The notes under the pieces: model-generated
What the model was told of the DNA's origin: nothing
The model's input: only the letters and a program-made list of their open reading frames with translations
Database searches by the model: none
NCBI GenBank assembly: GCA_021202985.1
Contig: JAJQCA010000072.1
Span: 8,681-72,680 of the forward strand
DNA: 64,000 nt
Origin: Alistipes sp.
GTDB taxonomy: Bacteria; Bacteroidota; Bacteroidia; Bacteroidales; Rikenellaceae
Direction of reading: 5' to 3'
Position numbers and translations under genes: made by a program
In this document: one piece after another, positions 29,067 to 38,146 of the stretch
Layout of the letters: every line of letters begins with the position of its first letter
Numbering within the stretch: position 1 is the first letter of the stretch

Positions 29067-29074
29067 TATATTTG
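29067..29074 (+). promoter_or_regulatory. candidate -7 box (TAtaTTTG) directed toward the flavodiiron gene
   Basis: tatatttg at 29067-29074 is the exact inverted partner of 29046-29053. It would imply a ~350-nt leader. Confidence 0.3.
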
Positions 29075-29152
29075 TACCCGCCGGCGGGCTGCGTGGCGGC
29101 CCGACGACCCGGGGAGGTGGAGACCGATGGCCGGGACCGCGGTGGGTAAATG

Positions 29153-29254
29153 CCATGACACGAGGAATGACGGCCGGATTACCACCGGGAAAGACGGCCA
29201 GTTTCCATGAGGAAGGACTGGGCCGATTTCCACAAGGGAGGACGGGACCGGCCC
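29153..29254. repeat. four degenerate 23-29 nt tandem repeats (CCAyr..GGrArGAC.GG.CC..TTT)
   Basis: ccatgacacgaggaatgacggccggatta (29153-29181), ccaccgggaaagacggccagttt (29182-29204), ccatgaggaaggactgggccgattt (29205-29229), ccacaagggaggacgggaccggccc (29230-29254). Confidence 0.7.
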
Positions 29255-29433
29255 CCTAAGCACGGAACGATGGTTCCAGCGAACTATTAAAAGCAGCGGA
29301 TAGCGTGGTAGTTGCGTGGGGAGCCCAGGGCATGGAAATTGCAAGGTGCGCGGCGTCCGGAATGCGGTTATAACCACACTTACGCGCCGGAATAACCTCA
29401 CCTTATATACGAACAATTTAAACTTCCGAAATA

Positions 29434-30633
29434 ATGTTCTTCAACGTTGAAATCACAGGCAAGATACACTGGATAGGAACCAACGACCGTCGCAAACACC
29501 GGTTCGAGAACCTTTGGCCGCTGCCGTATGGCGTGTCGTACAATTCGTACGTTATAGCGGACCAGAAGACCGCACTTATCGACACCATCGAAATGGGTAC
29601 GGACGGGTCTTATCTGGCCAAACTGGAATCGATACTGGGCGGACGGCCGCTCGACTACCTTATCATAAACCACATGGAGCCGGACCATTCGGGTGAAATC
29701 GCGACCGTGGTGCGCCGTTACCCGGAGGTGGAAATTGTCGGCAACAATAAGACTTTCAACATACTGCGGGCCTATTTCGGCGATCTTCCAAAAAACCTTC
29801 GCGAAGTGAAGGACGGCGATACGCTCGACCTGGGCCACCACAAACTGCAATTCCATATGACCCCGTGGGTCCACTGGCCCGAAACCATGATGACCTACGA
29901 CCAGACCGAAAAAACGCTCTTCTCCGGCGACGCCTTCGGAACGTTCGGGACACTGGACGGCGGGGTGCTGGATAAGGACGTGAAATTCGGGTATTACGAG
30001 AACGAGATGCGCCGCTACTATTCCAACATTGTGGGTAAGTACGGTAACATGGTGCAAAAGGCCCTCGGCAAGCTGAGCGGAGTACAAATCGATACCATCT
30101 GTTCGGTGCACGGACCCGTGTGGCAGGAGAATGTGGCCAGGGTGGTCGGACTGTACGACAAGTGGAGCAAGTGCGAGACCGAGGACGCTCTGGTGGTTAT
30201 TTACGCCTCGATGTACGGCAACGCGGCCCACATGGCCGATTACATAGCCCACATGGTTTCCCGGGGCGGGGTGCGGGATATCCGGGTATACGATGTTTCG
30301 AAGACCCACATCTCTTACCTGATAAGTGAAATATGGAGGTGCCGCGGGGTGATGCTCGGGAGCTGCGCATACAACACGGAGATGTTCCCCCTTATGGAAC
30401 AGCTTTGCACCGAAATATTGCATTACGGAGTCAAGGACCGCTTGCTGGGACTGTTCGGCTCGTGCAGTTGGAGCGGCGGCGGAGTGCGGAACCTTAAACA
30501 GTTTGCCGAAAAGAGCGGCTGGGAACTGGTAGCCGACCCGGCCGAGATGCTGGGTTGCGCAACCGAGGAGAAATACGCCGCCTGCGACGTGCTTGCCAAG
30601 GCGATGGCCGACAGGTTGACCGACAAAAATTAA
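29434..30633 (+). CDS. FprA-family flavodiiron protein (A-type flavoprotein, O2/NO reductase)
   Basis: Metallo-beta-lactamase-like N-terminus with the diiron motif HMEPDHSG, plus a C-terminal flavodoxin-like domain (VVIYASMYGNA). Confidence 0.85.
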   Translation: MFFNVEITGKIHWIGTNDRRKHRFENLWPLPYGVSYNSYVIADQKTALIDTIEMGTDGSYLAKLESILGGRPLDYLIINHMEPDHSGEIATVVRRYPEVEIVGNNKTFNILRAYFGDLPKNLREVKDGDTLDLGHHKLQFHMTPWVHWPETMMTYDQTEKTLFSGDAFGTFGTLDGGVLDKDVKFGYYENEMRRYYSNIVGKYGNMVQKALGKLSGVQIDTICSVHGPVWQENVARVVGLYDKWSKCETEDALVVIYASMYGNAAHMADYIAHMVSRGGVRDIRVYDVSKTHISYLISEIWRCRGVMLGSCAYNTEMFPLMEQLCTEILHYGVKDRLLGLFGSCSWSGGGVRNLKQFAEKSGWELVADPAEMLGCATEEKYAACDVLAKAMADRLTDKN

Positions 30634-30644
30634 CGGGTACGGCA

Positions 30645-31022
30645 ATGGAATTGAAAACAGGACTGGAATATGTAGCCGTCATTACCGTGGGCGAGGCAAA
30701 CACCGCCGCGGCAATGGGTTCGGGCGACATGCAGGTTTTCGCCACCCCGTCTATGGTGGCGCTGATGGAAAACGCAGCTATGAACTGCGTGGCCGGGCGC
30801 CTGCCGGAAGGGTCTACAACGGTCGGCACCCAAATAAACGTATCTCACCAAAAGGCCACGCCGGCCGGAGCGACCGTCCATGCAAAGGCCGTACTCGAAG
30901 CGGTAGAGGGCCGGAAACTGATATTCGGAGTAAGCGCGTGGGACGATAAGGGGCTTATCGGCGAGGGTACCCACACGAGGTTTATAGTAGACCGGGAGCG
31001 GTTCATGTCGAAACTGGCGTAA
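30645..31022 (+). CDS. hotdog-fold thioesterase family protein
   Basis: 125 aa from the ATG at 30645 (MELKTGLEY...). GDMQVFATPSMVALME and GEGTHTRFIV resemble small acyl-CoA thioesterases. Confidence 0.65.
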   Translation: MELKTGLEYVAVITVGEANTAAAMGSGDMQVFATPSMVALMENAAMNCVAGRLPEGSTTVGTQINVSHQKATPAGATVHAKAVLEAVEGRKLIFGVSAWDDKGLIGEGTHTRFIVDRERFMSKLA

Positions 31023-31044
31023 CCCGCACCGTCCGAAATATATA

Positions 31045-31082
31045 AGGCCGCCGACCCGGGATTCCGGGTCGGCGGCTTTTTG
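31045..31082 (+). terminator. rho-independent terminator
   Basis: gccgccgacccgg / gatt / ccgggtcggcggc, followed by ttttt. Confidence 0.8.
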
Positions 31083-31504
31083 TGAAACCGTACTAGGTAT
31101 AAAGAGCATTCCCCGGCCAATGAGAGGGACAACCCGGCAAGGAGTGAATTGTTATAAATTGCCCGGTGGTTAACCTTATAAAGGAATAAATATTTTTCAG
31201 ATAAGCCCAAGCCCTAATTCGCTTACCCGGGCGGCTGTTACCCTGCATCCAAATATGGCGGGCGCCCGGCAATAATCCCATAACACTCAAACCGACACTG
31301 TATGCATGGATGCAAAATTTAGGCGGCTGTTGCATAACATCGAAAATAGCTCCCGGAGATAATATTCCCATAACCTTTACTCAGACTCTATATTACCGGG
31401 ATGCCGGGATGTATATAGGAATGCAGAAATGCCGGATGACCGGGCCGCTGCTTACCGGACCTCCACGCAGATATGGCAAATATCGGGTATACCGTCTCCC
31501 CGGC

Positions 31505-31861
31505 TCAGAAATGGTTACGCAGGTAATCGGCCAGTACCAGCGTATGGTTATGGACCGGGTTTTTAGCCGCATATAAAAGCGTAACGATATCGTAACCTTC
31601 CACGTAATCGCGGAGGTAATCTGCGGCATGGCCGACGGCAAGTTCCCGCTCGTAGCGCCGGGCGAACTCCTCCCACCTACCCTCCGTATCCTCGTGGTAC
31701 CACCGCCGCAGCTCGGGCGACGGGGCAAGCTCCTTCGCCCAAAGGTCGTAATCCAGATCCTGCTTTCTTTTACCGCGCGGCCACAAACGGTCCACAAAAA
31801 CCCTGTAACCGTCGTCCTCCGACCGGGGCTCGTAAATCCTTTTAACCTTGAATTCTTTCAT
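31505..31861 (-). CDS. DUF488 domain protein
   Basis: MKEFKVKRIYEP...DRLWPRG...WAKELAPS..LRRW is characteristic of DUF488. The ORF extends 3 codons further, to 31870. Confidence 0.75.
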   Translation of the reverse strand: MKEFKVKRIYEPRSEDDGYRVFVDRLWPRGKRKQDLDYDLWAKELAPSPELRRWYHEDTEGRWEEFARRYERELAVGHAADYLRDYVEGYDIVTLLYAAKNPVHNHTLVLADYLRNHF

Positions 31862-31986
31862 GGCACCCAATGTTTAATTACCGGCCTCCGAGGTGTTGCC
31901 GCTCTTTCCGTAAAAATAAACGGCGACCCCCCGAAGGGCCGCCGTGGTAAGTGCAAAAACGATTCCCCCGGGCAGGGCAACCGCCC

Positions 31987-32967
31987 CTAAACGTACATCA
32001 TTTTACGGGTCATTCCGCCGTCCACCACTATATTCTCCCCGTCGATAAAGCCGTTACGGGGATCGGCAAGCATGAGACAGACGCGGGCGATATCGCCGGG
32101 GCGCCCCACCCTCCCCGAAGGGTGCTGTGCATGGTCGGAGGCCGAAAGCGCCCCGTAATCGCCCGTCTCGATCCAGCCGGGGCTGACGCAGTTGACGGTT
32201 ACCCCGCTGCCTGAGAACGATGCAGACAGGGCGTGGGTTAACGACACTATACCGCCCTTCGAGGCGGCATAGCCTTCCGAACCCGGCTCGCTCTGCGCCC
32301 AGCGGGTAGAGGCTATATTGATAATCCTTCCGCATGGTATCTCCGCTCCGCTGACGGTTCCCGGGCCGTCAGCGAGGGCAGTTTCGAACCCATCGCCGTT
32401 GCCGGTAAGGGGTCTTGCCATATCACCTGCACCGCTCCCGGTACGTCTACCCGGCCGGATAACACCGGTTGTGGAGCAGGTTCCGGCGGCGGCTCCATAG
32501 TCAGTTCCGGAAGAGGCTCCGGTCACTTCCCGTTCATCCGGGACCACGGAACCGGACGGAAACCCGAAACGGGCGTTCCACAATTGCGCGAAAACACGCG
32601 AAGCGACGAACACGGGACGCAGGTTGGTGGCAATCACCCTGTCGAACCGTTCCACGTCAGTTTCGAGCAGGGGCGAGAACTCCGATACCCCCACGTTATT
32701 GACCAGAATGTCCAGCGCCTTTCCCGGCCCCGCGGCATCGCGGAGGGCCTTCTCCAGCGCCGCGGCATCCGTCACGTCCACCTCGTAGAACGACCCACGG
32801 CCGACTTCACACTCGAGCCGGCGACCTGCCGCCGGGTCCCGGTCGCAGAAAAAGACAAGGGCGCCCTCCTGTGTGAACGCCCTTACTATTTCACGGCCTA
32901 TGCCGTTGGCCCCGCCCGTGACGAAGCACTTTTTACCGGCAAGACCGAAGCCGCTGCCCGTTACCAT
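31987..32967 (-). CDS. SDR family oxidoreductase with a ~79-aa low-complexity insertion
   Basis: VTGGANGIG, NNVG and S...YAASK motifs. The NNVG-to-catalytic-Ser distance is about 127 aa, against about 50 in classical SDRs. Confidence 0.8.
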   Translation of the reverse strand: MVTGSGFGLAGKKCFVTGGANGIGREIVRAFTQEGALVFFCDRDPAAGRRLECEVGRGSFYEVDVTDAAALEKALRDAAGPGKALDILVNNVGVSEFSPLLETDVERFDRVIATNLRPVFVASRVFAQLWNARFGFPSGSVVPDEREVTGASSGTDYGAAAGTCSTTGVIRPGRRTGSGAGDMARPLTGNGDGFETALADGPGTVSGAEIPCGRIINIASTRWAQSEPGSEGYAASKGGIVSLTHALSASFSGSGVTVNCVSPGWIETGDYGALSASDHAQHPSGRVGRPGDIARVCLMLADPRNGFIDGENIVVDGGMTRKMMYV

Positions 32968-33554
32968 TTATTGGTATGCACTTTCGAGGGGTCGTACTTA
33001 TCCTTGGGCGTATTATCGCCCGAGGGGTAGCCTACGGGAACCACCGCCAGCGGAAGCACGTTCGCCGGCAGGCCGAGCGCGTTTATTACGTGGCCCATCC
33101 GGTCCTCGTACGGGTAGGCGGCCGTCCAGACGGCTCCCAGCCCCTGGGCTTCAGCGGCAAGCAGCAGGTTCTGCGTGGCGGCCGAGCAATCGAGGTACCA
33201 GTACGACGACTTGTCGGTGTCACCGCAAATAACAATCGCGAGCGGCGCTTCGGTAACCATCTTGGCGCCCGTCTCCGCAAGCAGGTCGAGTGTTTCGCGG
33301 TCGTCCACCACCACTATTTCCCACGGCCTGCGGTCCATACCCGACGGGGCCGCCATAGCGGCGCGAACCAGTACGTCCACCTTTTCCTGCTCCACGGCGC
33401 GGTCGGCGTAACTGCGTACGCTCTTGCGCTCGAAAATAACGTCCAGAACGGAACCCTCGCCGTCCGCCGGTGTGCCGGCCGTATTTGCGCCGCAGGCCCA
33501 TCCCCCGGCAAGGACCGCCACTGCGGCCATAATTTTGATAATGTTCCTTTTCAT
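32961..33554 (-). CDS. nitroreductase family protein with N-terminal signal/lipoprotein-like sequence
   Basis: MKRNIIKIMAAVAVLAGGWAC is followed by RKSVRSYADRAV...APSGMDRRPW, a nitroreductase fold. 7-nt overlap with the SDR start. Confidence 0.75.
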   Translation of the reverse strand: MKRNIIKIMAAVAVLAGGWACGANTAGTPADGEGSVLDVIFERKSVRSYADRAVEQEKVDVLVRAAMAAPSGMDRRPWEIVVVDDRETLDLLAETGAKMVTEAPLAIVICGDTDKSSYWYLDCSAATQNLLLAAEAQGLGAVWTAAYPYEDRMGHVINALGLPANVLPLAVVPVGYPSGDNTPKDKYDPSKVHTNKW

Positions 33555-33754
33555 AGCTGTATAATTTATGTTAAACTTATTCAACCCGCCCGGTCATACC
33601 AGCCCGTTGCACATTTATTGCACAACCATACCTGCAATACACATAATACGTACGACTTCCACCGGCAGCGGGCTGTAAAGATACTAATATCGGCCGGTAA
33701 AAATACCGGAATGATTTTATATATTTGGACCTGTTTCCATCAAAAAAAGCAAAT

Positions 33755-34615
33755 ATGGACTTCTCAATAAACATAGACAGGGCAACCTGTATCAAATGCG
33801 GCAGATGCGCCACGGTCTGCCCCTCTTCGGTTTTCGATATCGGGGCCAAAAGGGAAATAATAGTGAGCCGGCCGGAGAACTGCATCGTCTGCGGCCACTG
33901 CGTAGCCGCCTGCCCGACCTTCTCGGTGCGCCACAGCGACTTCCCGCCCGCAAAGGTCCACGCCATCGAAACGGAAAAACTTCCAACCCCGGATCAGACG
34001 CTGCTGCTGATACGTTCGCGCCGGTCGAACCGTGCATTATCCCGCGAACCCGTTCCGGCCGGGAAGATAGACCTGATTTTGGAGGCAGCCCACCGCGCCC
34101 CCACGGCCAGCAACCTCCAGGAAGTGAGTTTCACCGTGGTGACAGACCCGGAGAAGCTGAAAGCCATCTCCGCTCACACGGTGGAGGTGTTTTATAATAT
34201 CACCAGGAAGATGGAAAAACCATTGGTGAAACCGGTTATACGCAGGTTAAAGCCCGAATTGTACCGGATGGCAGGAAGGCTGGCGCGGCTGAAACAGATG
34301 TACGACTCGGGCCGCGACATGATATTGCGCGGGGCGACGGCCGTGATATTTATCCATGCACCGGCCTCTTCGCGGTTCGGATGCCAGGATGCGAACCTCG
34401 CCTACCAGAACGCGTCGCTTATGGCCGAAAGCCTCGGGGTTACCCAGTTTTATACCGGATTCGTTTGCAATGCGCTGATGCAGGACAAGACGCACAAACT
34501 GGAAAAGATACTCGGAATTCAGGGACGGGTTCATGCGGGGATGGCACTCGGGATTCCCAAGTTCCGCTATCCGAATTTTATCGATAAGAAGGAGATCAAG
34601 GTTAGAAAGTTGTAG
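33755..34615 (+). CDS. ferredoxin-domain / nitroreductase fusion protein
   Basis: Two 4Fe-4S motifs (CIKCGRCATVCP, CIVCGHCVAACP) precede a nitroreductase domain (RRSNRALS...APTASNLQ). ATG at 33755. Confidence 0.8.
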   Translation: MDFSINIDRATCIKCGRCATVCPSSVFDIGAKREIIVSRPENCIVCGHCVAACPTFSVRHSDFPPAKVHAIETEKLPTPDQTLLLIRSRRSNRALSREPVPAGKIDLILEAAHRAPTASNLQEVSFTVVTDPEKLKAISAHTVEVFYNITRKMEKPLVKPVIRRLKPELYRMAGRLARLKQMYDSGRDMILRGATAVIFIHAPASSRFGCQDANLAYQNASLMAESLGVTQFYTGFVCNALMQDKTHKLEKILGIQGRVHAGMALGIPKFRYPNFIDKKEIKVRKL

Positions 34616-34620
34616 CCCCC

Positions 34621-34680
34621 TCGTCACATTACGGTTCTTCGGGATGACAATTGTCATTCTGAACGAAGTGAAGAATCTAC
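34621..34680. repeat. REP-like motif pair in head-to-head palindromic arrangement
   Basis: tcgtcacattacggttcttcgggatgac aatt gtcattctgaacgaagtgaagaatctac. Confidence 0.75.
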
Positions 34681-34785
34681 CGTTGGGATTATAATTCCAC
34701 TCTTTAGGTAAATCATGCAAACTCTGCAACTTCTTAGATAAGGATTTTACTTTGGGTTACATAAACTGCTGCGTTCCTGATACGG

Positions 34786-35628
34786 CTACCCGGTAATGCC
34801 GTTGATAATGTTCTCGGCTTGCCGCAGATAACCACTACCGAATATATTCAGGTGGTTCAGGACATGGTAGAGCTGGTATAGCGGCACCCGGTCGCGCCAT
34901 CCTTCCTGCAACGGATAGGCCTCGTCGTAGGCCCGGTAAAACTCCTCGGGAAAGCCGCCGAAAAGCATCGTCATGGCAATATCCGTCTCCCGGTGGCCAT
35001 AGTAGACGGCCGGGTCTATAAGCCACGGCTCGCCGGACGACGAGCAGAGGTAGTTGCCGTTCCATAGGTCGCCGTGCAGGAGCGCGGGTGGCTCAAGGAT
35101 ACCCGACAGCATCCGGTCGACTGTTTCGCGTAGCCTGTAAAGGATGTCCCAAACGCCCTTGCCGAAGTATCCGGTCCCGAGGGCCATCTCCAACTGGTAT
35201 TTAAGCCGTTTGCTGTAATAAAATTCTGCCCAGTCGGTCGCCTCGGAGCCTTCCGCACGATTTGGCTGCGGGTTGGCCCCGATAAAATTGTCCTCGCGGA
35301 AGCCGAAGACCGGAGCCGTACGGCGATGAAGTCGAGCCACCATCCGGGCCAGTTCGGAGTAGAACCCGTCCGCAGGACGGCCCGGTTCTATGTATGTCGA
35401 CAGGATAAAATCGTCACCCCACAGCACGGCATCCGGCACATTGATACCTTCCGCCGTCGCGAGTTCGGCAAGCCCGGTGGCCTCGCACGCGAACGCGGCC
35501 GAGGGCCGGCCTTTTTTCAGGAAGTACCGCTCTCCTCCGGCCGTCTCGACGATTCCGTCGCCGTAAGGCATCGAGACCACCTCCCGGCCGAGTTTTTCCA
35601 TAATTACTTTTTTAATATCGTTTTTCAT
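34786..35628 (-). CDS. fructosamine/ketosamine-3-kinase family protein
   Basis: LLHGDLWNGNYL catalytic loop in a 280-aa APH-like fold. Confidence 0.8.
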   Translation of the reverse strand: MKNDIKKVIMEKLGREVVSMPYGDGIVETAGGERYFLKKGRPSAAFACEATGLAELATAEGINVPDAVLWGDDFILSTYIEPGRPADGFYSELARMVARLHRRTAPVFGFREDNFIGANPQPNRAEGSEATDWAEFYYSKRLKYQLEMALGTGYFGKGVWDILYRLRETVDRMLSGILEPPALLHGDLWNGNYLCSSSGEPWLIDPAVYYGHRETDIAMTMLFGGFPEEFYRAYDEAYPLQEGWRDRVPLYQLYHVLNHLNIFGSGYLRQAENIINGITG

Positions 35629-36031
35629 AGCCTATTATATTATACTATATTTGATTCATTGGTACAACGTCACTCTGATACACTGATACTCCGATAATCT
35701 AATAATCCGGTCCTCCGGTACTAAGGCACTTCCGGGACTCCGTAGGGACGAACCTCCCCGAAGCCGGTCGCTACTGATAAAGTATTGCCGCCCGTCAGTC
35801 ACTTACGAATAATGCAAATAACCGTATATCCGACACCCCGTAAAGACACTAAGTGCAAATATAAGAAACCCGGACAAATTTCACCGCCCGGGTATTTTTA
35901 CTGCCTGCCCGAAGAATTTCTGCTTAAAATCAATGTCGCCGACCCGTTAAAGCGTCATCGGAAAATTCGAGCGTGCGTGGATAGCCTCCCGCTTTATGGG
36001 GCCGGTAAATGTCCTGCGCCTGTTCCGGGAA

Positions 36032-37438
36032 TTATTGCCCGGGCAACGGGCCGACCATCTTCGAGGGGTCGACTATCCGGTCGAACTCCTCGCCGGAAAC
36101 ATAACCGCTCTCGATTGCCACCTGCCGGAGTGTTTTATCCTCCGCGAAAGCCTTACGAGCTATTTCTGCAGCCTTATAGTATCCGATTACAGGATTTAAG
36201 GCCGTAACAAGCATCAGGGAATTGTCGAGGTGTTCCTTTATCCGCGCGGCCACCGGCTCGATGCCCGCCGCGCAGTGCTCGTCGAAGCTGGCGCACCCCT
36301 GACCCAGCAGTTTGGCACTATGCAGGAAGTTGTAAATTATCAACGGTTTAAACACGTTCAGCTCGAACTGCCCATTCGAACCACCCACCGATATAGCCAC
36401 ATCGTTACCCATTACCTGAGCGGCAATCATGGTGAGCGATTCGCACTGCGTGGGGTTCACCTTGCCGGGCATTATGGACGAGCCGGGTTCATTCTCCGGG
36501 AGGCGTATCTCACCAATCCCGGCCCGGGGGCCGGAAGCGAGCATCCGGACATCGTTGGCTATCTTCATCAGCGACACCGCCGCACTTTTGAGCGCGCCGT
36601 GCGCATCGACAAGCGCGTCATGGGTCGCCAACGCCTCGAATTTGTTCGGTGCAGTGACGAACGGGATACCCGTAAGCCGGGCGATTTCGGCGGCGACCTG
36701 CTCCGCAAACCCTTTCGGGGTATTGATACCCGTTCCCACTGCTGTACCGCCGAGGGCAAGTTCGTAAATACGCGGGAGGGTACGCTCGATGGCCCGCACC
36801 GAATAGCCCAACTGGGCCGCGTATCCGCTCAGCTCCTGTCCCAGGGTAAGCGGTGTGGCGTCCATCAAATGGGTTCGTCCTATTTTCACGACACCCATAA
36901 ACTCCCTGCTTTTGGCCGCGAAGGTGTCCGCCAGCCGACGAAGGCCCGGCAGGGTGGTTTCGAGAATCATCCTGCCGGCCGCGATATGCATAGCGGTGGG
37001 AAACGTATCGTTGGAGGATTGCGAGCGGTTGACGTCGTCGTTCGGGGAGAGAATTTTTTCTCGGTCGGCGAGCGACCCGCCGGCAAGGACCTGACCGCGG
37101 TTGGCTATAACTTCGTTGACGTTCATATTGGTCTGCGTGCCGCTGCCTGTCTGCCACACTACCAGCGGGAACTCCCCGTCGAGTCGTCCGGCGATTATTT
37201 CCTCGCATACCCGGCAGATAAGTTCGCATTTTCCGTCGTCGAGCACACCGAGCCGGGCGTTGGTTATCGCCGCCGCTTTTTTCAGGTAACCGAACGCCCG
37301 GATAATCTCCACGGGCATCCGGTCGGTATCCCTCGCAATCGGGAAGTTGTCTATGCTCCTTTGGGTCTGCGCGCCGTAATATGCGCCCGCGGGCACCCTC
37401 ACCTCACCCATCGTATCTTTCTCAATCCTGTATTCCAT
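36032..37438 (-). CDS. fumC: class II fumarate hydratase
   Basis: [20 protein letters not shown] and the signature [15 protein letters not shown] (aspartase would have a different tail). ATG at 37438 ([11 protein letters not shown]). Confidence 0.9.
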   Translation of the reverse strand: MEYRIEKDTMGEVRVPAGAYYGAQTQRSIDNFPIARDTDRMPVEIIRAFGYLKKAAAITNARLGVLDDGKCELICRVCEEIIAGRLDGEFPLVVWQTGSGTQTNMNVNEVIANRGQVLAGGSLADREKILSPNDDVNRSQSSNDTFPTAMHIAAGRMILETTLPGLRRLADTFAAKSREFMGVVKIGRTHLMDATPLTLGQELSGYAAQLGYSVRAIERTLPRIYELALGGTAVGTGINTPKGFAEQVAAEIARLTGIPFVTAPNKFEALATHDALVDAHGALKSAAVSLMKIANDVRMLASGPRAGIGEIRLPENEPGSSIMPGKVNPTQCESLTMIAAQVMGNDVAISVGGSNGQFELNVFKPLIIYNFLHSAKLLGQGCASFDEHCAAGIEPVAARIKEHLDNSLMLVTALNPVIGYYKAAEIARKAFAEDKTLRQVAIESGYVSGEEFDRIVDPSKMVGPLPGQ

Positions 37439-37702
37439 ACTTATAAAGTTATAAAATTCCGCCGGATACCAGTCACTCCGGACGACAATCCTCCGGGCCG
37501 CCCCGACGGAATACCCCAAACAAAAACCGCACCCCGGCGACGGAATGCGGCTTTAAGAATAACGGCTGTAACCCCGGCCGGGCTATGGTGCCGGAGAGAT
37601 TTGAGTTTTCAAATATACCACCGGATTGAGAACGGCAGTAGCTTCGGGTATACCTGCCCGGCGGTGGAATGGGCTTACCGGGCTTCGTGTTGGGCCTGGC
37701 TA

Positions 37703-38146
37703 CTATTGTCCGGCTTCTTCTTCCCCGTCGGTTTCGACTTCCTCATCTTCGGGCTCCTCCACCGAAAAGTCGGTCATACCGGCTGCGACGAGGATGTTGT
37801 ACCACGAAATTATCTTCTTCATATCGGAGACGTGCACCCGGTCGCGGTCGTAATCGGGAAGCACTTCGCCGAAGAGTTCCTTCAACTGATCCGGGGACGA
37901 TTTATGGCTGATTGTCTCCTTCCCTTCACACTTTTCGAACATGGAGGTGAATATCGAGGCAAGGCTCACCTCGTCGGTTTCCGTGTAGACCGATATTTCA
38001 CCCAGCGCACTCACCCGCGAACTGGAAGTCGCATTGCTCCTCTTTCCGTCCGCAAGCGATTCCACTATAACGCCGTTTTTGCTTTGTGCGATGTATTTAT
38101 ACAGGCCCGGCTGGCCCGAAATAGAAAGTATATCTTTCAGTTTCAT
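37703..38146 (-). CDS. DUF5606-type protein with acidic C-terminal tail
   Basis: Only the last 147 aa of ORF 37703..38740 look genuine (MKLKDILSISGQPGLYKYIAQSKNG...). The upstream part is Arg/His-rich read-through of intergenic DNA. Confidence 0.65.
   Translation of the reverse strand: MKLKDILSISGQPGLYKYIAQSKNGVIVESLADGKRSNATSSSRVSALGEISVYTETDEVSLASIFTSMFEKCEGKETISHKSSPDQLKELFGEVLPDYDRDRVHVSDMKKIISWYNILVAAGMTDFSVEEPEDEEVETDGEEEAGQ

Noticed and set aside
29000-29433. A known structured RNA (RNase P RNA, tmRNA, SRP RNA, cobalamin riboswitch) in the long GC-rich spacer.
   Set aside because: I could not find GGAAAGTCCGG-type RNase P motifs, a tmRNA tag ORF or acceptor end, the SRP GGAAGCAGCC motif, or a B12 box on either strand.
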